Assembly: GCA_002633005.1 (NCBI GenBank)
Contig: NMRA01000469.1
Coordinates: 1 to 64,000, forward strand
Direction of reading: 5' to 3'
DNA length: 64,000 nucleotides
DNA from: Phoronis australis
Taxonomy: Eukaryota; Animalia; Phoronida
Below the pieces are notes generated by a model. It was not told the origin of the DNA. It did no database searches and saw nothing but the letters and a program-made list of their open reading frames with translations. The translations under genes were made by a program, and so were the position numbers. Within the stretch, counting starts at the first letter, position 1. Each line of letters starts with the position of its first letter. Shown piece after piece: positions 1-12,100 of the stretch.

Positions 1-27
1 TGGGTCTGGCATGGGTTGATAACATAC

Positions 28-133
28 CTTGTTATACTGTAACAGGTCTTGTATAACTAGCAGTGTGGGTCTGGCATGGGTTGATAACACATTGTTGAGG
101 TGGCAGCGAAAGCTGATCTGGCCATATGAATCT
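28..133 (-). CDS. MUS81-like exon 16 (DSYGQISFRCHLNNVLSTHARPTLLVIQDLLQYNK; EME1-like)
   Basis: ctgttttag acceptor, AAG|gtatgt donor; phase-compatible with exon 15. Confidence 0.7.
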
Positions 134-3100
134 CTAAAACAGTTTAAATTAAATATAAATATCTAAGTGACAAATGATGCTATACTCTTCATAATAGAAA
201 ACAAGAATCAAACGAGTATGACAGAAAAATATACTGTTAAGCTATATTAACTAGACTCATAGGAATAATGGTGTATACAATATGACGTCAACACAAATTA
301 TAATAAAACCCCTGCCAACAATTTTAACATTGTACTCTCTCAAAGGGTGCGACAGACTGCAAGGTGGAAGTCAAAATCACACAGCCAATACATACACTAA
401 TTATATTTAAGTCAACAACGGGTCATACCACACATACATGATGGGTAAAGGAGCAAGCAAAGATAAATAACAGGGAAAAGACTTCAGCTGATTCACCACA
501 CACGTACAGATACTGGGATCATTGATATCCCTACAAAAGTCTCAGCTCTGGATTTTGGAACTGGCAATAAGCTATGCCTCACGTGTTTCCATAAATAAAT
601 CTAAATGTTCACCTGTGATGACCAGCACAGTGATATGTCCTGGGAAACTGAGATGATCCCCAGCTGAGACTGCCCTGTGGTTGTTGTGTACGACTGATTG
701 TCTCTCGACATTTACTCTCATGCACAACAGATTCAAAGTTTCACCAAAAAAACATTCAATCACACTTTTGAAATCAAAACACTTTTATGCATAACGTGTG
801 ACAAGTAAAATAAGGTAAACTATAAACACACACCTTCATCCTTTTGCCTGTTGTTAGCAGTTGCGCAAATGCAAAAAGTCAATTCAGCAGAGGAATTGCA
901 AGTTTCACTCGAGCTTGTGCATGAACTTTATAATGTCACAAAATCTTATGACTTGATATGCTGTAACTCTAAGAAACATAACTATGAGAAACATGTCAGT
1001 AAACAGCTGGTCCGAATAATGTACACACCATTAGACCACATCTAGTGCCACCTTTAGTTTAAGTGTTGTTTTCATGAAACAATAAAGTAAGCCAAACAGA
1101 ATAGCTCACCGGATTAGGAGATCAATAAACAGATCAGCCGTCCAAATATTCACATTCTTTCTCAAGTTCACCACGGGTACAACCTCTGTGCTGTTAGCTT
1201 TAGCAGTGTACTCGGTATAAGTCATAGTGCCAACACTCTGCCCTGTACAGTGACACACATTTTGTTTAAAGTCACAATGGATACTGCATGCACATGATAT
1301 TGTTTGTCATCAACATAAACACTGTTTTATCCTATGATTTGGATTTGAACATATTGTGGAGTTACAAATTAGTATTTCAAAGTCAATAAATCACAATATT
1401 GCCGCTCCTATGCAAACACAGTTTCCAATTTTGTTTCACAATGTTTTGCTGAGATGCAATTACTTCATCAAGATTTGAACCCAGCCTCTCTCATGGTGCA
1501 AACTTTGACTTTATTATTACTCTACCAGCAAGTCACCGAAATAAAAGTCTTTTAATTCATCCAGATTTCGAAGTCCAATTTGTTTTTAAATAATTGCAAA
1601 ATGTAAACCACCAGATGAATGTAAACCCGAAACAAGGCATCATAGTTCTCTCCAACACACTCATGATTACACTGACATAACTAAATGACCTTTGTATGAC
1701 TCCAAAAAAATATATCTTTCCCAAACTAAAACTGATTATTCTTTTGTCCATTCCAAGTATCTCCAGAAAGTTTTTTCAAAATCTCTCCATAATGTTTTGG
1801 TTAAAAAACCAGTAGCTGACTGACCAAATGAGTAATGAACATACAACCGAAAGCCTAGCCTCCTTCAACGAGTTACTTGGCAAATATACTTACATAATGA
1901 AAAATTAATTTATTGTCTTTCACATTTGATCAATATGCTTCTTTTCAGACTCCAAAAATGTGATAATGATAAAAAATTGACCTCAATGAAAGTCAATAAT
2001 TGTACAGTGTTATTGAAGAATTGCTAGCTAACTTAGAGTCTATGGCTCTTGGTCACCATATCCATAAATCTACAGCATCAGATGGCAGAACCACCCTACT
2101 GCAAACAACAAATTCATGGTTAAACCCATAGACAAAATGTAACATGGTTAAGTCTAAACTTAGTAACTAATTTTTGATTGGCTAGCGTGTAACTTATTTG
2201 AGCAACGGATAGCCATAGGTCAGCTGCTAGAAGGTCTGACCAAATCTCAGTTTTGGAGCTTCACATCACAAAAATTTCAATCATTGCAAAAGCAGCTGTG
2301 GAAAACATAAATGCATCGAGGCTCCTCTTCAAAGTTTCTATCTTACCTGCCCGGTGTTTCTCAGCGATAAGATACGACATCCAGATCAGAAACTGTGCTG
2401 TCTTCTTCCAGCTTGACATGCGGTTAACAAAAACATTCTCCTTAAGTTGCAACTCTGACACTTTGTTCTGCAAGGTTATTGATTAATGAACATGAAAAAC
2501 GTTTAGAAATGTCACCGTCTCATAGCTATTTGATGTTCAGAATCAGAGAAAGTATCTCACACATGATTACATTTACAATTCCTCAATATTGTTTACTTTA
2601 CACTGTTCCTGAATCAGAGTGCATAAAGCAGGACACTCATGTATATTTAGACAAAAAGGGCAAATGGGAACCAAAGTGCACAGAAAGTAAGCAGGAACAC
2701 ACATGGCATACTGAGGCAAAGAACTGTTTACAAGGAGCAGATAATAAGATTTGATATGATGAACTTACTTCAAGGAATCGTTTATAAGGATCAGCCGGTT
2801 TAGTTCTCATTCCATCAATGTCTCCTTCAACCACATAAAACAGCATGCACTCACATCTCTGAGAAAGAACAGTCAACAAGTGATTTACATGCAGAGACCA
2901 AAGCAATAAGATAAAAGGAATTTTAATAAACAGTGAAAATTGCCCAACCTTCATAATTTCCTTTCACATTTCATCAAATAAATTTAACCGTCCATTCTCA
3001 TAAATCAAAAGTATGAATTCTTGATAACAGAAACATATATTCATGCCTTAAACCTTTGTGCAATCATTTACGATCATGTGACTACCAATATTTGTGAAAA

Positions 3101-6100
3101 TCCTCATTTCCTACATTGAACATGACTATTTTTAAAAAACTAAACTTTATGCTAGATCAAAATATTCTAATTGTCAACACATAGGGAACTGTGTCTCAGA
3201 TATCAACAATCTAAAGTCCTTTTTTAAAAAATGTTCATTCTCAAGTATTCATTTTGACTACCAATATCTCTATTGTTCCACAGAAAGTCAAAAATTTGAG
3301 AAATCATTTTCTTATTCATAGGCTAGAAAAGACTGTGCAAATTTTCATGTAGTCGAAGTCGTCAGAAAATCATCGTCAACTGCCCTCTTCATAGTAAGAA
3401 CATACATGCAAATTTTCACAATCATCCTTAGAGCGGTTTGGTTGATAGAGGGGCGGACACCAAAAAACGGACTCGAAAATATAAAAAAGGCTACTAGATG
3501 GCGTAAAATGCCTCAAATCCATCCGAAAACGGGAGGAAAGCGTCATCTCATTAACACATGCCTATGTATTAAATTTCATGAAAATCGGTTAAGGACCTTT
3601 GAAGATACATAGACAAATGTAAAAAATTAAAATTGCCACAAGGGGGCAGAGCGGTTTTCAGGTCAGTCCAAAACTCGTCGCCTTCTGTAGTCAACCCCAT
3701 AGGAACACACCTGCTAAATTTCAATACGATCCTACAAGGGGTTTAGGAGATACAGCCGCAGACGCCCAGACAGAGATGACGGCAATATGCACCCACAAAC
3801 AAATGTGTGGGTGCATAAAAATAAACATATGATACAAAATGTGAATTGAAGATTCCAAAACGTCATAGACATGACTACAGGCAAAGGACAGCAAAAAACA
3901 ATGACCAAGCATGAAATAGACCTTACAAGGATAATCTCTCATAATATCCAACTTTCTTAATCGGTTATGTTGGCGATATTGAAAGTGAAAAGCAACAAAC
4001 AGCTTATTAATATTTAAAATGACTTATTCTTATTAAAATGACATAGGCACAAAATTCAATTTATATACCGCAGCTAGGACACACTGGGTCAACAGCTGTA
4101 AAAGTCAAACCATTACCAAGAACTGACATGGGGGAAAAGAAAAATGTCATCTATGAAATCCCATGTGAATGAGGTGAATCATGTATCGGTGAAACATTAA
4201 GACCACTAGAGATGAGAATTGCTGAACACAAGAGGTGTTGTAGAGAGGGTAATACACACAATATCCAGTGGAATAACATCCCAATACTTGGGAGTGAAAC
4301 AGGTTGGACCAAGAGAAAGATCAAGGAAGCCATGTACATGAAAGTACAAGGCAATGTCTTCAGTCAGCCAAGCAAACAACCAAGTGACACCTGGCTCAGT
4401 CTACTTAGGAAGGTTTAAGTATAATAAAATTCCCTCTAAGTAAATGGATGACTCCGTGGTGTAGTGGTTAAGGTGCTGGACTCAAATATATCTGCAGCTT
4501 TAGAAATCGTGGGTTCAAATCCTTCCTCTGTCTTCTAAGAAGGCAGGAACACCTGACCATGGCTGGAGAGAACACTGACCAAAACAATGTAACTAGACAA
4601 GATGTTGGTGTAAATAGACCAAGAGATTAAACAACCAGTTGTAACACAACTCAGAGCGGTTTTAGAAAGTCATTTCTGCAACAGTAAGCATGCTGGCAGC
4701 GACAATTAGGCAGAATTTGTAAATGAACAACTAAGTAATAAAATCTCCAGGTCATTCAACATCATTAAATGCATTAAACCGTCAACTCCTGATAGAACAA
4801 GCAAGCTCAAACTCAAGAAAAAAATCTAAATACTGTAATCTCTGTCAATCCGCCCCTGTCCTGGAATTAAATTATTTATTAACTCATAATCCCTGGCATC
4901 TTACGTACTTTCATTCGCTCCAGCTGGTTTTCAAACCGTCTTCCCCTCAAACTGTTGGCCAAGTCATCCCATGTTTTGCGCTCAACTATATAAGGAAGCA
5001 CCTGCAAGCAACACTTATGAGGGAAGAGGATTCCAAATGTATTCAGATCACAAATGACAACTGTTTGAAGACAAATCACCACCGCTGTTGGTGTTTGTGA
5101 AACATTGCCCAATGTGAGTACACATCAACTTTGACACAAGTGGCATATCGAAGTACAAAATTGATGTCATTGGTTTCAACCAATCATAGTAATGGGTCCT
5201 CTAGCTAATGGTGTACTCACCTCTCGTTTCCCAATCCCAATAACAGATTAAGATGAAACAAAGTAGAATGCAGAAAGTAAAAAATAATTTTGAGTACAAA
5301 GCTTAGACCCCGGACTCTGCTTTGATGTATTCTTAATTTAATGAAAGACATAACATTTGAAACCCACATGCTTGATTCATATTTTACAGTCGAGTCTTTT
5401 GTTTTGATATTGTAATAACCGTGAGTTAATTACACATGTTTACACCATAGACCAAGCATACTCATGGTTACTTCAACGGTAAAATTGAACACCACTAATT
5501 TGATTTATTCACGTTCGAAGTTGGGGATTTTGGCTTAACCTATTTAGCACTGCAAGGTGTTTTAAATAATGCTAATTAATCCAGGATGCCACCTTACCAC
5601 TTCTAAATCTGCTATGGTCTGTGAGTAGTTCTTGTCAGCCCAGACAGGTGGCAGCAGCCATATGTAGTCTCCTGATGGTAACTCACGGATCTGTGTTGCA
5701 ATACCTGCTTGCCTACACTGAGCGACCAGACGATCTTTGTCTCTCTCTCGCTCATCAATGATCAAGACCACATTTCTGTTTTTGCAACGGGTACTAAAGC
5801 AAGAATAATAAAATTAAACAGTGTTAGCTGTCATCACAAGAACTTAGCACTCTAATAAAATGTGAGAAACCTTGAGTAGGAAAAGGATTGTCAGCCTATA
5901 ACAGTGACTGGCTTCCACCAAATGAACAAAATTACGGACGTAATAGATCTCACATGGAGAGTTCTTTAAATTATTTCTTAACTTGGACTGTTAATCCAGT
6001 TATTTATATTTTTTGCATTTGATATTGAGATTGTATTGTGTTTCGTCATGGCAACAAATCTGTTTATTACTATGTGTTAATTCAATAATAAAATCTTCAT

Positions 6101-9100
6101 AACATTGAAGTCTTCTAATATTGCAAAAATGTTCCCAACCATTCTAGTACCAGGTTCTGGCACAATATTTATAGTAAATTGTATTAATTTACCATAAACC
6201 GAGAATGAGGTTTGATAAAAGGAAAGTAAAGCACTGTAGAGATGTGCTGCAGTCTTACCCCTGNTGATAGAAAGTTTTATTAAAATACGTGATCACCCAT
6301 ACGTTGGATTGGCAGCGTCTTCTTTTTGTACTAAGCCTTTTGATATCAGTGAACGATCCATACAGTCAAAGCCACTTACAAACTTTCCTGAAATTAAAAC
6401 AATAAAACTGTATTCCAAATGAAAACATTCAAAAGAACAACAATTGTTAATTGTATGAAAACAATGGTAGACAATAAAAAGAACGATTTAAGATTAAGTA
6501 ACATATAGCTTGGTGAACCAATAAACCTCCAGTAAAAAACTTGTTGATAAAAGAGCAGACATCACTACATCTCAAAGAACATTAAGTTGTAGAGAAAAGC
6601 GTGTGACATACTGTTTAGTTTGCAGTCCGTGACAATATTTATTCACAGAGGTCTACCAAATTTCAGAATTATCTATCACAAGACACCAAAGCAATGCCTA
6701 TAGAAAAGGCTACATTAAAAAAGGCAATCACAGTGCCACCTTGAGTCTTTCAACCAAAACAAAGCAATTGACAAGACACATGCTGTGTGTAAATTCCACG
6801 TTGGTCAATCAACAAATGTGATGTGTAGCATGCAAACTGACGGTCAAAAAAAATTATGTGGAGTAACATAATAATTATTCCATTAGATAAATGAATTTAC
6901 ATACTTCATTCACAATCTGCCTAAAATGCTAGCGTTTGCACTAGAAAGCAAAAGCGCCTGTCATGTGAACGGTAACAAGGGTCACTTTGCCACCTGTACC
7001 TCTCACCCCTTGTGTTTTCACAAGAACTTTTATAGCCAGATGACTTACTTCAAAGGACACACATGCACAGCAGTAAGAGGGCTTTGGTTATAGTCACAGT
7101 AATCAATTTATTGCACAGTGAATTTGTTTTGACATCAATTGTCACTTAAGTGCAATTCCGATGGCAAGTAAAAAAACTAAGGGCAAAAATGGTCACATTT
7201 TGATTTGCAATTTAGACACTCGTGTGAACATACTAATAGTGGGAACAAGTCTTTATAGGAAACTCCACCTTTTCCCTCCAAACATATTGCTGAAGAAGAC
7301 CATTTCCTTCACAACATTCATATCATTTATAATGACCCCGTTAAGCTGATTCAGTAATCTGTCTCTAAACTAAATTCTGCATTTCGTTGCATGTGTTATA
7401 CAGTACACAATTTCACTTAAAGTAAGGCTGCTGGTTTTTCATCATGGACTGTCACCAAACAACCTGTTACATAATTTCATGTCATACAATATTTATGCTT
7501 TATCAATAATCAGGCTAAGTAAACTTTTGGCAGAATGTAACATGGAATCCCAAGTCTGTCCTTTTCTATACTTTCTACAATAATCCTACTTCATAAACCA
7601 ATGCCATTCCCTCCATCTCCCATCTAACCCTCACCCAAGTAACCATACTGCACCCGTTGTCTATTAGCATATTACACCTGATGCCTATTACCATACTGCA
7701 CCCGTTGCCTATTACCATACTGCCCACACCCCCATTACCATAGCACCCATTGCCTATTACCATATTGTCGATCATTAAGATCAGTGTCAGTTAACTTCTG
7801 AGCTCTTTCTTTCACTTCATCTTCAGCCATGCTAAGTTTCTTGGGTGTTTCATTGTATCCGCTGTACAGGGCAACCAGTAAGGCAAAGGGTGCTTTGTAG
7901 GGCTGAAGGAGAAATACAAAGAAATTAGCATTCAAAGCAAGCCAACTAGATTATGATCGGGTTATAGTGAGTTGCCATCATTGTGCGTTCTGTTACAAAA
8001 TGAATTATTCTCACCCTAACCAATGCTTTTATAAAACTGAAACGAAGCGTGTCTCATTAGATACAATTTGTAATGCCTTTGGAGTGTTCGTGAGTGCAAA
8101 TGTTTTGAGAAGCCAGCAATGAATAACTAACTGCGTTACCGGCTTTAGATGCAATAAAGCTAATTGACTGTGCACCGAGGCCGTGTGAGGGGCTTGCAGA
8201 TTTAGTGCTTGCCGACAGAAACCTGTTGTGAAACAATAACTCGATTTTATATCCTATGGTCAGATGTTAGGGAAATCTCTATATAGATGTTCATATACAT
8301 TATTCGTATCATTGCTACTGTACAACTTTTGCCCTGACAGTTCTGTGGAAGGGGAACCTGACTTCGCAGCACCCGACAAGTAAGTAGATTTGCAGTTTCG
8401 CGGCTAATTCACCAAAATAATCATGTGCATATTATTTCTTTGGCTCATTAGTATAGTCTTTTCGTGACTGGAAATTTAGTTTCCAACTTTGGCTGGTTTA
8501 TATTCGTGATGTCTTCTGTCCAGCAGCGACGGGACTGATTGGGTTCCGAGCCACTGGCCGGGATAACAAGCGTTTTGTGTCTAGAACTGAAAAAATCCCA
8601 AGTCTAAAATTACAACCCACAGCTATGTTCTCCTGTTTGTATTTCTCGGAAAAATAATTCGAATTTATCACCGAAGAGACCCTAAACTTTTCCGACCGAC
8701 CTTGGTAAATTGGCCTATCAAACTTTGTAGGCTACAGTACGTTGAAATACCTATAAATCCGTACCAGTGAAATAAAACAACACGTTTGTTCAATAACTCA
8801 AAATGTATTTGTAAGGGATTTACATCAAATTTTGAAGTTTTATTGGTGTAAAACGATGAATTCAAGCGATAAGCTGACACCAGTAAGTGTGTTGTGAACT
8901 ACTGAGCAGACTGTGTTCGTACTTCTGACGTCATTGGTTAATTTCAACACCTTCGTCTGACGTCAGGTGTCAGGTAAAAGAACTGTACTTGCTGTCATCG
9001 AGTGGAACTACTCGATCTAAATTGATACAAAATATTTTGTTTTTTGGATGGCATTCTCCTTTAATAGGTCTGGTCAAAACTAATAACATCAAAAAGTGTA

Positions 9101-12100
9101 TTCCATCCAACAATAATCACAAAAACGTTGTTTTTCAGCTGTTTTTTGAGGAATGACCAGTCAGTGACCAGTCAATGACCAGTATAACAGGGTTGAAAAA
9201 AGTTGAAACACATTTATCCTGACATACAAGCATTATTTTAAAGCAAACCAAATCCCAGCACCCACCTCTGGAGCATATTGTTTAGTCTGCTTTGGTGCAG
9301 TTGAAATGTCTACAAATAAAGCAGAAAGGGGAGAGAATCAAAGAACAATTTCATCTATGAACGGGATTACACACAACAAAAGGTATGGTATCCTCTCCAG
9401 GTTCACAAACACTCTAACAATACGACAATCAATAATTATCCACCCGTTCCACATATTTTTCTCTAACAATTAGTGAAAAGTGGCACTCTTGTTCTTCTTT
9501 AAGCATAAACAGTAACCTAACTTGTGCCTGATTGAAATTTTTCACTGATGAACAGTCACACTAAAAAGTGACGCTAACGCTGCAACCTCCCTTTGTTAAG
9601 TATGCTGTTGTTGGCCATCTTAACTGTGTGCAAAATTTTTCCAGTGAGTTAGTATGGATGACATTGACAGAGCTAAAACTCAGTTTATTTTCCAAGAAAT
9701 TTGATTACATTCAAGAGTAGGGAAAAGGACTTCACCATGCATATTGAGTACACGAAGTCCCCCTGATTTCATCATGCATATTGAGTACACGATGTCCCCC
9801 TGATTTCACCATGCATATTGAGTACACGATGTCCCCCTGATTTCACCATGCATATTGAGTACACGATGTCCCCCTGATTTCACCATGCATATTGAGTACA
9901 CGATGTCCCCCTGATTTCACCATGCATATTGAGTACACGATGTCCCCCTGATTTCACCATGCATANNNNNNNNNNNNNNNNNNNNNNNNNNNNNNNNNNN
10001 NNNNNNNNNNNNNNNNNNNNNNNNNNNNNNNNNNNNNNNNNNNNNNNNNNNNNNNNNNNNNNNNNNNNNNNNNNNNNNNNNNNNNNNNNNNNNNNNNNNN
10101 NNNNNNNNNNNNNNNNNNNNNNNNNNNNNNNNNNNNNNNNNNNNNNNNNNNNNNNNNNNNNNNNNNNNNNNNNNNNNNNNNNNNNNNNNNNNNNNNNNNN
10201 NNNNNNNNNNNNNNNNNNNNNNNNNNNNNNNNNNNNNNNNNNNNNNNNNNNNNNNNNNNNNNNNNNNNNNNNNNNNNNNNNNNNNNNNNNNNNNNNNNNN
10301 NNNNNNNNNNNNNNNNNNNNNNNNNNNNNNNNNNNNNNNNNNNNNNNNNNNNNNNNNNNNNNNNNNNNNNNNNNNNNNNNNNNNNNNNNNNNNNNNNNNN
10401 NNNNNNNNNNNNNNNNNNNNNNNNNNNNNNNNNNNNNNNNNNNNNNNNNNNNNNNNNNNNNNNNNNNNNNNNNNNNNNNNNNNNNNNNNNNNNNNNNNNN
10501 NNNNNNNNNNNNNNNNNNNNNNNNNNNNNNNNNNNNNNNNNNNNNNNNNNNNNNNNNNNNNNNNNNNNNNNNNNNNNNNNNNNNNNNNNNNNNNNNNNNN
10601 NNNNNNNNNNNNNNNNNNNNNNNNNNNNNNNNNNNNNNNNNNNNNNNNNNNNNNNNNNNNNNNNNNNNNNNNNNNNNNNNNNNNNNNNNNNNNNNNNNNN
10701 NNNNNNNNNNNNNNNNNNNGAAAATCATCGTCAACCGTCCTCTACATAGTAAGCATATACATGCCAATTTTCACAATCATCCTTTGAGCGGTTTGGTTGA
10801 TAGAGGGGTGGACGCACAAAAAAAGACTCGAAAACACTAAAAATGGCCACTAGGTGGCGCAAACTATGTCGAATCCATCTGAAAACGAGAGGATAGCGTC
10901 ATCTCACTAATAGGTGCCTACATACTAAATTTCATGAAAATCCGTTCAGGACTTTTGAAGATACAAAGGTAAGCGTAAAAAACTAAAATTGCCACTAGGG
11001 GGCACACCGGCAGTCGGATCCGTCCGAAAGTTTGCACATGCTATCCCATTCATGAATGGAACATATGTGCCAAATTTCATGAACGTATGTCAAAGGGTTT
11101 TGGAGATAAAGCAGCGGATACCGGACGGACGCCGCCCGGATGGACGGACAGAGATGACGGCACAATGCGCCCACATATAAACATGTGGGCGCATAAAAAT
11201 GAAATCCAAAAGCATTTAGTAAATATTAATTCATATTTACCTTCGCGTAACTGTTATCTTGTATATGAGCAAAATAACTTATTGTCAATAGCTGCGTGTT
11301 CCGAGAGTGTCATGACACACATCAACTCGTGCCATGTCAACCCGGCCTTCGGTGTCAGGAGTTATTGAGTAAACTCAGCATTTGTTGCTTACATGCGTGT
11401 TGGCGGTAATGTCAAATCTTTATTGAAAAACGTATGCAAAATCTATCTACGCTGACTAAAATTCTTCAATACGCGAACACCACAAAATTGCAATCCCTGG
11501 AATTTCTAAATCACGATTGATTTTATAGGTAGTCGTAATCAGAGGATACTGTAAACAGCAGAAAAAATAAGGTGTAGAACTTTAGCAACAATTTATATTT
11601 ATATTTAGGAACCTAGTTGGTTAATAGGTAATTCCCACATCGCGTATTCAATTCTCCTCTTTTATGGAGGGAGGAAAGTGCATTGTTTAATTGACCTAAT
11701 TTTCAAAAAAAAGGGCAAAAATTACATTTGTGAGCCTAGGCAGACAAGTGAAAACTGAATTATCAAGCCTCATACAGCTTTTTAAATTAATCATGTCTGC
11801 ATTGCAACTCAATATGCAACAATAAAACTGTACTTATTAAAACAGTAGAGTAGTTTTTAATGCAAAAATAGTGATTAGCACAGCACCACAGTACAACTGC
11901 AGGCTAAATGCACTATGGACGCGCACAATTGTGGGTAAACACAGCAGAATGAAAGTGCACTGCGGTATCCAGGGAAGTGACTATTGTCATATACTTCCAC
12001 TGTTTAGTTGTCATCAATGATGAACACGACCATAAAAATGATCAGTAGGACCACTATTACTATTGAAGATCATCACTTACCTGCCACCTGGTGATTTCTC

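Noticed and set aside
572-763. ORF as an additional exon of the MUS81-like gene
   Set aside because: Only weak GAG acceptors are available, and exons 1242-1110 and 133-28 already join in frame with coherent sequence. Not fully excluded.
4450-4532. Functional tRNA gene
   Set aside because: A and B boxes are present but the acceptor and anticodon stems do not form properly; treated as tRNA-derived.
9731-9965. 37-bp repeat array of CRISPR-like unit length
   Set aside because: Units are head-to-tail without unique spacers, there are no cas genes, and the context is a eukaryotic intron; it is a minisatellite.
9880-10840. About 300-aa ORFs on both strands
   Set aside because: Artefacts of the N gap.
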